This document shows positions 1-7,948 of a stretch of 32,000 nt of DNA, one piece after another. Within the stretch, counting starts at the first letter, position 1, and every line of letters starts with the position of its first letter. The notes beneath the pieces were generated by a model. That model was not told where the DNA came from. It was given only the letters and a program-made list of their open reading frames with translations, and made no database searches. The position numbers and the translations under genes are program-made. Origin of the DNA: Xylanibacter ruminicola 23 (GTDB lineage: Bacteria; Bacteroidota; Bacteroidia; Bacteroidales; Bacteroidaceae); NCBI RefSeq assembly GCF_000025925.1, contig NC_014033.1, positions 840,001-872,000 on the forward strand, read 5' to 3'.

Positions 1-776
1 TTAGGGTTCTTCCACATGTAACGCAAGCGTACACCCGATTCAACCTTGTTCACGTTCTGACCACCGGCACCACTCGAACGGAAGGTATCCCACTTGATCT
101 CACCCTCGTTCACGTGTACCTCAAACTTGTCGGCCTCGGGCAGCACGGCTACTGTGGCAGCACTGGTCTGCATACGTCCGTTGCTCTCGGTCACTGGCAC
201 ACGCTGCACGCGGTGTACACCACTCTCGTACTTCAGTGTACCGTAAACGTCGGCACCTGTTACCGAGAAGTCAACCTCCTTAAATCCGCCCACGGCACCT
301 TCAGATACGTAGGTAATCGATACCTGCCAGCCCTTCGACTCGCAGTAGTTCTTGTACATCTTAAACAGGTCGCCAGCAAACAGGGCAGCCTCGTCGCCAC
401 CTGTTCCTGCACGTATCTCCATTTCTACGTTCTTGGCATCTTCTGGGTCTTTCGGTATCAGTGCAATCTTAATTTCCTCCTCCAGCTGTGGCTGTAACTC
501 CTCGTTTATAGCCAGCTCCTCGCGTGCCATCTCCTTCATCTCAGGGTCGGTCTCGTTAGCCAGAATGTCCTTAGCCTCCTTAATACCGTTCAAGCACGCA
601 ATATAACGTTTGCGGGCGTCCATAATATCGCCCAGGTCCTTGTATTCCTTAGTCAGTTTAACGAATCTCTGCTGGTCGGCAATCACGGCGGGGTCGGTAA
701 TCAGGGTCGAAACCTCCTCGAATCGTGCCTCCAGTCCATCTAATTTTTGAAGAATGCTGTTACTTGTTTCTGCCAT
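1..776 (-). CDS. prfA: peptide chain release factor 1, N-terminal ~258 codons (C-terminus continues beyond window start)
   Basis: The minus-strand frame is open from ATG (776-774) to the window edge. It is absent from the ORF track because no stop lies in the window. Hand translation: MAETSNSILQKLDGLEARFEEV..., RVQRVPVTESNGRMQTSAATVAVLPE (RF1-type P-x-T tripeptide), FRSSGAGGQNVNKVESGVRL (GGQ motif). Confidence 0.88.
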   Translation of the reverse strand, partial: MAETSNSILQKLDGLEARFEEVSTLITDPAVIADQQRFVKLTKEYKDLGDIMDARKRYIACLNGIKEAKDILANETDPEMKEMAREELAINEELQPQLEEEIKIALIPKDPEDAKNVEMEIRAGTGGDEAALFAGDLFKMYKNYCESKGWQVSITYVSEGAVGGFKEVDFSVTGADVYGTLKYESGVHRVQRVPVTESNGRMQTSAATVAVLPEADKFEVHVNEGEIKWDTFRSSGAGGQNVNKVESGVRLRYMWKNP

Positions 777-804
777 CTTATTTATATATATTATATTTGG
801 GCGG

Positions 805-812
805 CAAAGTTA
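805..812 (-). promoter_or_regulatory. Bacteroidetes-type -7 promoter box (TAACTTTG) for prfA
   Basis: Plus-strand caaagtta equals TAACTTTG on the minus strand, ~30 nt upstream of the prfA ATG. It matches the TAnnTTTG consensus of Bacteroides primary-sigma promoters. Confidence 0.55.
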
Positions 813-876
813 CAAAAAAATGCGAAGATTTCAAAATATTTTTGGGTTTTAATGTTGTTTTTCTGTTTTTTATCGC

Positions 877-884
877 TATCTTTG
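877..884 (+). promoter_or_regulatory. Bacteroidetes-type -7 promoter box (TATCTTTG) for the histidine kinase gene
   Basis: TATCTTTG lies 10 nt upstream of ATG 894. Its position argues against the upstream start at 747 given in the ORF track. Confidence 0.55.
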
Positions 885-893
885 TGCCCAAAA

Positions 894-2954
894 ATGTACC
901 AACATATGTCATTACTTAAAAAAACTTTTCAGTTTTCATGGATAGGCCTAGTAGCAACCGTGATGCTTCTCTCATCGTGTGACAATGCTCAGCAGAGTCA
1001 TGATTTGGAATTCGATCGTGTGCATAACATCATGCGATATTCTGATTCCATCCCTCGTACCGTCGATAGTTTGATGGCGCTGGGTGAAATCAATCAGATG
1101 TGTGCCGACTTTTATAATATGTCGTATTACATGAGCCCGAATGTAAATCGTTCCAGTGCGATTGCTGATAGCGCCTTGATGCGTCCTGTCGTCACAGAAC
1201 AGGATCGCTTCTATCACTTCCTGATAGCAGCCAATAACTCAGAGCTGGAATACACGAGTCGCCACTACGAGTCGGGCTTGCGAAAGGCTCAGCAGTTGGT
1301 CAACAGTGTTGATACCAGTTTTATCAATCGCCACTATCTGCTGCAAACGGGCTATCTGTTGGCCTATAGCAATCTGGCACTTAGCTATATCCATCTGGAA
1401 CGTTCAGCCGAGGGTGAAAAGTACATGCAGCAGGTGATGAAGCTGATTGATCAGTTTGAAAAAACGTCTGTAAACGACTCTGTTGCACAGCATAATTGGG
1501 CGGCTAAACGTACGCAATTCGCCGTTGCCGCTATGATTTCTTATTGTAATATGCGCCAATGGGATGGGGCAGAGGCCTGGATGAATCGTGCCGAAAAATA
1601 TCTTCAGAATATGGCGGATAATCCTCGTGTCGATAAGTCGCATTACCCCATATTCTGCTATCAGGTTAGTTGTGTCAAATCCTTTATCCTCGAAAAGGCA
1701 GGCCATCATCAGGAGGCTGCTCAGGCCTATGACGATTTTATGAAGAATCCCTTGTCAAAATCAGTGGTTGCTCGTATCAATTCGGTTTCATATCTCAATA
1801 GTAGTCATCGCTATGAGGAGGCCGAGCGTAATATCAATGATGTTGAAACTGTGATGGGACAGTTGGGCATGAAGATGGATCTTGAGACACTTAACGGTAT
1901 TGTTAAGTTAAAGTTCGATGCCCATTTGGGTGCAGGTCATCGCGACTCTGCCCTTGCTGTAGCTACACGCATTCTTGACAGACTCGATTCGGCTGAGGTA
2001 TGGCAGAGACGTGACAAGACAGCCGAGTTGGCTACCATCTATGATATGAGTAAGAAGGATGCCGAGATTGCCGAAAAAGAGGCTAAGATCAACCAGATGC
2101 GCATAGTTGTACTGTTGATAGTGATTGTGCTGCTTTTGGTGTTCTTCTTTATTTATGCCTTCACTCGTCGTCGTGCGGCTGCCAGCCTGAACCAGAAGAA
2201 CGAGCAGCTGTTGATAGCCAATGCCCGTGCCGAGGAAGCATCGCGCATGAAGACCAGGTTTATCCAGCAGATTTCGCACGAGTTCCGTACCCCTCTGAAT
2301 GTGCTTTCGGGTTTTGCTCAGGTGCTCACGGATTCGGATGCCTATCTCGACGAGAGTTTGCGTCAGGATGCCAATCGCCAGATTCTCGAAAATACCAACC
2401 GCATTACCAACCTGGTTAATAAGATGCTGGAGCTGTCGGATGTGAGCAGTCGTACGGTCATCGATCTTACCGATCAGGTTTCAGTTGAACAGATAGCCAC
2501 CGATGCCATCGACGCTTCGGGTATAGACGATGCCGATCATTTAGTGTTCGAGATGCAGGCTGGCGACGAGGCTTCGTCGGTGCGCATCACCACCAATAAG
2601 CGTGCAGCTGTTCGTGCGCTCGCGCTGTTGCTCGATAATGCACGCAAGTTCACGGCACCAGCCGAGGCCTATGGTCATCATGATGCTGCTGATAAGAAAC
2701 AGCGTGCCGTCTTGAAGGTAAGCATTACCGATACGCTTGTGCAGTTCATCGTCGAAGATACAGGTATGGGTGTTCCTGCCAATCAGGCTGAGCGCATCTT
2801 TGATGAGTTTGTGCAGCTCGATGAGTATTATGATGGTACGGGTATCGGACTCACGGTAGCCCGCAGTTTTGCCCGTCGTTTGGGTGGTGATGTGAAGCTC
2901 GACACCACTTATATCGCTGGTGCCCGCTTTGTGATGACGCTTCCAAGAAAATAA
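894..2954 (+). CDS. membrane sensor histidine kinase with large N-terminal TPR-like extracytoplasmic domain; no receiver domain and no adjacent response regulator
   Basis: ORF track 747..2954. I prefer ATG 894 (or 906) because 747-893 overlaps the prfA start and both promoter boxes. Signal/lipobox-like MYQHMSLLKK...VMLLSSCDN; TM segment VVLLIVIVLLLVFFFIYAF; H-box FIQQISHEFRTPLN; N-box LLDNARKF; G1 VEDTGMGV; G2 GTGIGLTVAR. Confidence 0.85.
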   Translation: MYQHMSLLKKTFQFSWIGLVATVMLLSSCDNAQQSHDLEFDRVHNIMRYSDSIPRTVDSLMALGEINQMCADFYNMSYYMSPNVNRSSAIADSALMRPVVTEQDRFYHFLIAANNSELEYTSRHYESGLRKAQQLVNSVDTSFINRHYLLQTGYLLAYSNLALSYIHLERSAEGEKYMQQVMKLIDQFEKTSVNDSVAQHNWAAKRTQFAVAAMISYCNMRQWDGAEAWMNRAEKYLQNMADNPRVDKSHYPIFCYQVSCVKSFILEKAGHHQEAAQAYDDFMKNPLSKSVVARINSVSYLNSSHRYEEAERNINDVETVMGQLGMKMDLETLNGIVKLKFDAHLGAGHRDSALAVATRILDRLDSAEVWQRRDKTAELATIYDMSKKDAEIAEKEAKINQMRIVVLLIVIVLLLVFFFIYAFTRRRAAASLNQKNEQLLIANARAEEASRMKTRFIQQISHEFRTPLNVLSGFAQVLTDSDAYLDESLRQDANRQILENTNRITNLVNKMLELSDVSSRTVIDLTDQVSVEQIATDAIDASGIDDADHLVFEMQAGDEASSVRITTNKRAAVRALALLLDNARKFTAPAEAYGHHDAADKKQRAVLKVSITDTLVQFIVEDTGMGVPANQAERIFDEFVQLDEYYDGTGIGLTVARSFARRLGGDVKLDTTYIAGARFVMTLPRK

Positions 2955-2963
2955 CCAAAAATA

Positions 2964-3003
2964 AAGTGGCAGTGAGAATTACCTCGCTGCCACTTTGTTT
3001 TTC
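2964..3003. terminator. bidirectional intrinsic terminator between the convergent kinase and GG-peptide genes
   Basis: 13-bp stem aagtggcagtgag (2964-2976) / ctcgctgccactt (2983-2995) with one G-U pair and a 6-nt loop. T-runs follow on both strands (tgttttt on plus, tattttt on minus). Confidence 0.7.
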
Positions 3004-3025
3004 TTGCAGTTTTTTACATTCTACT

Positions 3026-3232
3026 TTACTTCTTGTTATTCATCTTATTCTTGATTGCATTAATCAGAGAATTAAGCAGAGATGTAGAAGTATTTGTATC
3101 CTGATTACCATTTGTACCTGTTGTAGTGATCAGTGTAGTGGTAGGTATCAAATTCATAACACCACCAGGTAACAGTATCCATCCGTCACCACCTTTAACA
3201 GCCTTGAGCTGCGCTCTTTCTAATTGTTTCAT
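3026..3232 (-). CDS. double-glycine (GG) leader peptide precursor, 68 aa; predicted 15-aa leader plus 53-aa Cys-free core
   Basis: MKQLERAQLKAVKGG|DGWILLPGGVMNL... Hydrophobic residues at -4 (V), -7 (L), -12 (L) and -15 (M) from the GG fit the bacteriocin-type leader. The gene has its own -7 box and terminator and is divergent from a C39-peptidase ABC exporter. Confidence 0.75.
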   Translation of the reverse strand: MKQLERAQLKAVKGGDGWILLPGGVMNLIPTTTLITTTGTNGNQDTNTSTSLLNSLINAIKNKMNNKK

Positions 3233-3301
3233 AATTGTTGATTTAATTAAATTTGTAATTGTACTTTTGAATTATTTGATAATAGTTTTTTAATTTCTTG
3301 G

Positions 3302-3309
3302 CAAATGTA
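3302..3309 (-). promoter_or_regulatory. -7 promoter box (TACATTTG) for the GG-peptide gene
   Basis: Plus-strand caaatgta equals TACATTTG on the minus strand, ~70 nt upstream of the peptide ATG (3232), in a very AT-rich divergent intergenic region. Confidence 0.5.
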
Positions 3310-3423
3310 AGCAAAATAATTTGGATGACGATAATAATAGCTGTTTTAATTAACATAGTTTAAATAAATATTAACTGAATGTTAACAAACTTGAAGTTAT
3401 TGTTTTATTTGCCATTTTCTTGC

Positions 3424-3431
3424 TAACTTTG
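3424..3431 (+). promoter_or_regulatory. -7 promoter box (TAACTTTG) for the PCAT-HlyD operon
   Basis: TAACTTTG lies 28 nt upstream of ATG 3459. Confidence 0.55.
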
Positions 3432-3458
3432 TGGCCAGATTGCTAAAAAACAAGGTAA

Positions 3459-5675
3459 ATGAATAAACCATTCCCAATATTCACTCAACACGATGTGATG
3501 GAATGTGGCCCAACCTGCTTACGCATGGTGATGGCCTATTATGGGCGCAACTATCCGCTGGAACGGTTGCGCGATATGTGTCATATACAGCGCGATGGCG
3601 TGTCGCTGCTCGGTGTTGCTGAGGCTGCCGAGCAGTTAGGCATGCATACCACAGGCGTGAAAGCTACGCTGCAACAGTTGGTCGACGAGGTTCCACTTCC
3701 GTGTATCCTGCATTGGAATCAGGGGCATTTTGTAGTGCTCTACGAGGTGAAGCGTACCAAAGAGGGGCTACAGTTCAAGGTGGCCGATCCCGTAGGTCAG
3801 CGCATCACCTATACCGAGCGCGAGTTTCTGCGCTACTGGGCTTCGGATACCGAAGAAGGACAGCCCGCTGGTATCGCCCTGATGCTGGAACCAACACCCG
3901 ATTTCAATCGCGACGAGTATGTCGAGGATGATAGCGACCGCAAGGCCCGTAAGCGCAGCCTCATGCTGTTGCTGTCGTATATGCGACCTTATAAGAAGCT
4001 CATCGCGCAGCTGTTCTTAGGGCTCACGGTGGTCTCGCTGCTGCAACTGGTACTGCCGTTCCTCACGCAGGCTATCGTCGATTTCGGTATCTCGCGCCAG
4101 GACCTCGGTTTCATCGTCCTGGTACTTATTGCGCAGCTGATGCTCATGATAGGTAGCACCTCGGTACAGTTCATCCAGAGTTGGATACTGCTTCATGTTT
4201 CTACGCGCGTAAACCTGTCGCTCTTGTCCGACTATCTGGCCAAGCTGATGCGCTTGCCTTTCAGCTATTTCGATACGCGCCTTACAGGTGATATCCTGCA
4301 GCGTATCGACGATCACGACCGTATCCAGACGTTCCTCACGGGTAGCAGCCTATCGCTGATACTCTCGCTGTTCAATATCGTGGTGTTCGGTGCCGTTATC
4401 CTCATTTACGACTGGCGCATCTTCTTTATCTTCATGCTGGGCAGTGCGCTCTATGTGCTCTGGGTACTGCTGTTCATGCGCCGTCGTGCCAAGCTCGATA
4501 CCAAGTTGTTCGCCCAGAACGCGGCCAATCAGAGTAAGATTGTGCAACTTATCGACGGTATTCAGGAGATTAAACTCAACACCTGCGAGCAGCAGAAACG
4601 CTGGGAGTGGGAGCGTGTGCAGGCGCGCATTTTCCGCCTCAATATCAAGAGCCTGGCGCTCAATCAGTATCAGGAATCGGGTGCCACGTTCATCAACGAG
4701 GTGAAGAATCTGGTTATCACGGCGCTGGTGGCCATGCTGGTACTTCGTGGCGATATGACACTCGGTATGATGCTGTCGGTGCAGTATATCATCGGTAGTC
4801 TGAATGGTCCAGTCAATCAACTGGTCGATTTCATCCATCGCTATCAGGATGCCCGCCTCAGTCTGGAGCGTCTGCAGGAGGTGTACGAGAAGGACGACGA
4901 GGTGCAGCCCGATCGCCAGCTTATCAGCCAGGTGAGCGGCGATGGTGATATCCTGATCAAGAATCTTACCTACCGTTACGATAAACTGAACGACAAACCT
5001 ACACTCGACCATATTGATGTGGTGATACCTCACGGCAAGACTACGGCGATTGTCGGACTGAGTGGTAGTGGTAAGACCACGCTGCTCAAGATGATTCTCG
5101 GCTTCTATAAGCCCGATGCCGGCGAGGTGGTGATAGGCTCGTCGGATCTGGAAAACTACGACAAGCGTGCATGGCGCAGGCATTGTGGTGTGGTAATGCA
5201 GGATGGTTTTATCTATTCCGACACCATCGCCCGCAATATCGCTGCCGGTTTCGAGGTGATTGATACCGAGCGACTGGTGCAGGCAGCCCGCGTGGCCGAG
5301 ATCGACGATTATATCCGCCAGTTGCCGCTGGGTTATAACACCAAGATTGGTGCCGAGGGCAGTGGCTTGAGTCAGGGTCAGAAGCAGCGCATCCTGATAG
5401 CCCGTGCCGTGTATAAGAATCCCGACTACGTGTTCTTCGACGAGGCTACCAACTCGCTCGATGCGCAGAACGAGCATGCCATCATCCAGAATCTGGCCGA
5501 CTTCCTGCATAATCGTACATCGCTCATCATTGCCCACCGACTCAGTACGGTGGTTGATGCCGACAATATCCTGGTGATGAGCGAGGGGCGCATTGTCGAG
5601 TCGGGTAATCACGCCCAGCTGTTAGAGCGTCGCGGCATCTATTACGAACTGGTAAAGAACCAACTGAATGTTTAG
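3459..5675 (+). CDS. peptidase-C39-domain ABC transporter (PCAT; GG-leader peptide cleavage/export ATPase-permease)
   Basis: 738 aa. N-terminal C39 motifs: Q10, MECGPTCL (catalytic Cys16 context), WNQGHFVVL (His), VADP (Asp). Six-TM ABC membrane domain. Walker A GLSGSGKTT, signature LSQGQKQR, Walker B VFFDEATNSLD, H-loop IIAHRLS. Confidence 0.92.
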   Translation: MNKPFPIFTQHDVMECGPTCLRMVMAYYGRNYPLERLRDMCHIQRDGVSLLGVAEAAEQLGMHTTGVKATLQQLVDEVPLPCILHWNQGHFVVLYEVKRTKEGLQFKVADPVGQRITYTEREFLRYWASDTEEGQPAGIALMLEPTPDFNRDEYVEDDSDRKARKRSLMLLLSYMRPYKKLIAQLFLGLTVVSLLQLVLPFLTQAIVDFGISRQDLGFIVLVLIAQLMLMIGSTSVQFIQSWILLHVSTRVNLSLLSDYLAKLMRLPFSYFDTRLTGDILQRIDDHDRIQTFLTGSSLSLILSLFNIVVFGAVILIYDWRIFFIFMLGSALYVLWVLLFMRRRAKLDTKLFAQNAANQSKIVQLIDGIQEIKLNTCEQQKRWEWERVQARIFRLNIKSLALNQYQESGATFINEVKNLVITALVAMLVLRGDMTLGMMLSVQYIIGSLNGPVNQLVDFIHRYQDARLSLERLQEVYEKDDEVQPDRQLISQVSGDGDILIKNLTYRYDKLNDKPTLDHIDVVIPHGKTTAIVGLSGSGKTTLLKMILGFYKPDAGEVVIGSSDLENYDKRAWRRHCGVVMQDGFIYSDTIARNIAAGFEVIDTERLVQAARVAEIDDYIRQLPLGYNTKIGAEGSGLSQGQKQRILIARAVYKNPDYVFFDEATNSLDAQNEHAIIQNLADFLHNRTSLIIAHRLSTVVDADNILVMSEGRIVESGNHAQLLERRGIYYELVKNQLNV

Positions 5676-5681
5676 CAGAAA

Positions 5682-6968
5682 ATGATGGAAGAAGATAGAA
5701 TCGAACTACATAGCGACGAGGTACAGGACATCATCTCGCGTCCGCCATCGTCGTTGATAAAATATGGTATTACAGTCATTGCCGCTGTGGTGGCGCTGGT
5801 TGTCATTGGCAGTTTTATTTTCCGTTATCCCGATGTGGTGCAGGGTAGGGTGGTAGTCACGGGCGATACCCCTCCCAATCGTATTGTGGCCCGTGCCGAT
5901 GGTCGTTTGCAGGAGCTTCGCCTGGCCGATGGTCAGCAGGTGTCAAAAGGCGCCATCATCGCTGTGGTCGAGAATACCGCCAATACCGATGATGTGGTAA
6001 GTGTGAAACAGGCCGTCGGTAAGCTGTCGGTTAGTGGCGAGCCCATCCCCTTCGCTGCCGATCAGTCGTTGCGCCTGGGTGTGGTGCAGGATGCCTATAA
6101 TCAGTTCTGCGATGCCGTCGTCAGTTACAATCAGGCCGTTCGCCTCAATATCTATCGCCAGCAGATACTGTCGGCACAGAAGGAGCATGCCTCGTTGTTG
6201 CGCCACGAAAGTAATCTCAAACGTCAGCTCGAAATGAGCCAGCAGCAAGCCGATCTGGTCAAGCACGATCGCGATCGCGAAAAAAGCCTGCACGAACGCA
6301 AGCTCACTTCCGATGCTGAAATGGAGCAGAGTCAGCGCTCGTTGATCTCGGCCCAGCTCTCCGTCGAGCAGGTACGTACCGACATCTCGCAAACCCAACT
6401 CAGCATTGCCCAGATAGATAATCGTCTGGCCGAGCTTCAGGTGCAGTACCAGCAGGATATGCAGCATGTTACGGCCACGCTGCAGTCGGCGCTCAACACC
6501 CTCAAGGTGGCCATCGGTCAGTGGGAGCATCTCTATGCCCTTGTGGCCCCAGCATCCGGCAAACTGTCGTACACCAATGTGTGGGCGGTCAATCAGAATA
6601 TCACTACAGGTCAGCATATCTTCTCCGTTGTCGAGTCGCGCAAATCATGCTTTGTGGGTAAGGTTCTTCTGCCAGCCACAGGCTTCGGTAAGGTCAAGGA
6701 GGGCCAGCGTGTAAACATCATGCTCGATGGCTATCCCTATCTCGAGTTCGGCTATCTGCGTGGCACGGTAAGCGGTCTTTCAGCAGTCGCCAATCAGGAT
6801 GTGTATGTGGCCACCATCACACTGCCACAGGGCCTGCATACCACCGTTGGACGTGAACTACGGTTCACTGGCGAGTTGAGTGGCCAGGCCGAGGTCATCA
6901 CCGAGGATATCAGCCTTGCCGTCCGCATCATCCAACCCCTGCGGTACATCTTCCATCACAACGTATAA
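5682..6968 (+). CDS. HlyD-family periplasmic adaptor / secretion protein partnered with the PCAT
   Basis: 428 aa, starting 6 nt after the PCAT stop. Single N-terminal TM (YGITVIAAVVALVVIGSFIF), a lipoyl-like hairpin segment, a long coiled-coil region (QQILSAQKEH...LAELQVQYQQ) and a C-terminal beta-barrel-like part. This is the typical order for bacteriocin ABC accessory proteins. Confidence 0.85.
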   Translation: MMEEDRIELHSDEVQDIISRPPSSLIKYGITVIAAVVALVVIGSFIFRYPDVVQGRVVVTGDTPPNRIVARADGRLQELRLADGQQVSKGAIIAVVENTANTDDVVSVKQAVGKLSVSGEPIPFAADQSLRLGVVQDAYNQFCDAVVSYNQAVRLNIYRQQILSAQKEHASLLRHESNLKRQLEMSQQQADLVKHDRDREKSLHERKLTSDAEMEQSQRSLISAQLSVEQVRTDISQTQLSIAQIDNRLAELQVQYQQDMQHVTATLQSALNTLKVAIGQWEHLYALVAPASGKLSYTNVWAVNQNITTGQHIFSVVESRKSCFVGKVLLPATGFGKVKEGQRVNIMLDGYPYLEFGYLRGTVSGLSAVANQDVYVATITLPQGLHTTVGRELRFTGELSGQAEVITEDISLAVRIIQPLRYIFHHNV

Positions 6969-6975
6969 AACGAAA

Positions 6976-7016
6976 AACAGAGGGTGCCCAGTTGGACATC
7001 CTCTGTTTCTTTTGTT
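6976..7016 (+). terminator. intrinsic terminator of the PCAT-HlyD operon
   Basis: Stem aacagagggtg (6976-6986) / catcctctgtt (6997-7007) with a 10-nt loop, followed by tcttttgtt. Confidence 0.7.
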
Positions 7017-7116
7017 AATACCCCATACACGAGGTGGCTCCCAATGCCGTCACTATCGCCGTCGCGATCGATGCTATCATCTGCACGATAAACTTAAATG
7101 TTTCTTTCTTTGTCAT
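7015..7116 (-). CDS. 33-aa small membrane/lipoprotein-like peptide downstream of the HU-like gene (resembles the Bacteroidales 'smalltalk protein' class)
   Basis: Hand-translated and below the ORF-track size cutoff: MTKKETFKFIVQMIASIATAIVTALGATSCMGY. The ATG lies 17 nt after the HU-like stop. The basic N-terminus, hydrophobic helix and C-terminal ..SC.. are, as I recall, typical of small ORFs paired with HU-like genes in Bacteroides. Not verified. Confidence 0.5.
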   Translation of the reverse strand: MTKKETFKFIVQMIASIATAIVTALGATSCMGY

Positions 7117-7136
7117 AATTTAATGTTTAATGTTTA
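7117..7136 (-). repeat. short tandem heptamer repeat (TAAACAT on the gene-sense strand) at the HU-like stop / small-ORF start junction
   Basis: Sense (minus) strand reads GAT TAA ACA TTA AAC ATT AAA TT ATG. This is the same heptamer family as at 14500-14527 and 17311-17373. Confidence 0.7.
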
Positions 7137-7688
7137 ATCTCCGATTGGCTCATTGCTGTGACCGCCGCCTCCGGTATTACCACCAGTGTTTCCACCGGTA
7201 TTACCGCCCTGGCTGCTACCACCACCGCCACTGTTACTTGGTTTATCCTCCTCCTCGGTCAGCTGTCCAGCAAATGTCTCTGCATTCACAAACTCCGCCT
7301 TCTTGATAAACTCTCTGCTCGAGATGTTGGTCTCAGCCTCCTGGTCGGGTAGGAACCTAATGTGCAGGGCCTTCAGGTTCTTGGCTGGCGAGAAATCCTC
7401 CTTCTTCAGGGCTCCACCTTTCTCGTTCTCGATGGTGGTGAAGAAGATGCCCAGACCGTCGATCTTTACTCGTTTCGAGTTCAGGAGCATTTCCAGCAGA
7501 CAGCTTCTGAATTTCTCCAGCACTCCGAATACCACGTCTGGGGTGTAGATGCTTCCGTGTTCCGAGATGTGGTTGGCCATCTTGCGGGTGTTCAGTGTTT
7601 CGATGGTTTTTCCGTGGGCAAACCACTTACCGTAAATCTTCGAGTTCTTGATGTTGTTCTGCTTCAACAGATAAAAAATCTTTGCCAT
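7134..7688 (-). CDS. Bacteroidetes HU-like (HU_HIG-type) DNA-binding protein with Gly/Asn/Thr-rich repetitive C-terminal tail
   Basis: 184 aa. MAKIFYLLKQNNIKNSKIYGKWFAH...MANHISEHGSIYTPDVVFGVLEKF...KIDGLGIF is typical of the Bacteroides 'putative DNA-binding protein, histone-like' family. The tail SGGGGSSQGGNTGGNTGGNTGGGGH is encoded by 12-nt repeats at ~7160-7215. Confidence 0.8.
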   Translation of the reverse strand: MAKIFYLLKQNNIKNSKIYGKWFAHGKTIETLNTRKMANHISEHGSIYTPDVVFGVLEKFRSCLLEMLLNSKRVKIDGLGIFFTTIENEKGGALKKEDFSPAKNLKALHIRFLPDQEAETNISSREFIKKAEFVNAETFAGQLTEEEDKPSNSGGGGSSQGGNTGGNTGGNTGGGGHSNEPIGD

Positions 7689-7780
7689 AATGTTGTGTGT
7701 TTTAATTTTAAAATGGTTAATAACTAAGTGTTGTTTGTGTCTCTCAAAAGTTTTGCGCGCTTTGTTTTTGATTAACGATG

Positions 7781-7788
7781 CAAAGGTA
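7781..7788 (-). promoter_or_regulatory. -7 promoter box (TACCTTTG) for the HU-like gene
   Basis: Plus-strand caaaggta equals TACCTTTG on the minus strand, ~90 nt upstream of ATG 7688. Confidence 0.5.
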
Positions 7789-7876
7789 CAAAAAATATTT
7801 CAAACTACCAAATATTTTAGCCACTTTTTTATCAAAAAGCAAAAATATTTTGGTTATCCATTTCGTACGCCAAGAA

Positions 7877-7905
7877 CCGTAATTTTTTCGCCTCAAAAAT
7901 TACGG
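7877..7905. repeat. perfect 11-bp stem hairpin (ccgtaattttt / aaaaattacgg) with 7-nt loop
   Basis: Read directly: 7877-7887 is the reverse complement of 7895-7905. It lies in non-coding DNA at the left edge of the AT-rich island. Confidence 0.8.
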
Positions 7906-7948
7906 ATTTCGCTCAAATAAGTATAACCTCGTCTGCTATGCTCACCTC

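Noticed and set aside
747-893. N-terminal extension of the histidine kinase ORF (track start 747)
   Set aside because: It overlaps the prfA start codon and both divergent -7 promoter boxes (805-812, 877-884). A signal-peptide-like N-terminus begins at ATG 894.
3080-3110. Bacteroidetes O-glycosylation sequon in the peptide core (..QDTNTS..)
   Set aside because: The general Bacteroides motif is D-(S/T)-(A/I/L/V/M/T). Here the third residue is Asn, so the sequon is not met.
2966-3172. 68-aa plus-strand ORF antisense to the GG-peptide gene
   Set aside because: It begins inside the bidirectional terminator, has no promoter box, and has a Cys/Leu/Ile-rich composition typical of an AT-rich antisense frame. 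The minus-strand ORF has the diagnostic GG leader.
3350-3385. ttaacat ... atgttaa 7-bp inverted repeat in the divergent peptide/PCAT promoter region as an operator
   Set aside because: It is short and lies in extremely AT-rich DNA, where such matches arise by chance. No regulator gene is adjacent to support it.
4350-5612. 420-aa minus-strand ORF inside the PCAT gene. Similar long antisense ORFs occur at 5943..6617, 16582..17298, 24309..25259, 23389..24012, 25692..26213 and 29162..29710.
   Set aside because: Each lies fully within a strongly supported gene on the other strand that has clear family motifs. Their translations are low-complexity (H/L/R/G/Q-rich) with no recognisable motifs. These are typical shadow ORFs of relatively GC-rich coding DNA.
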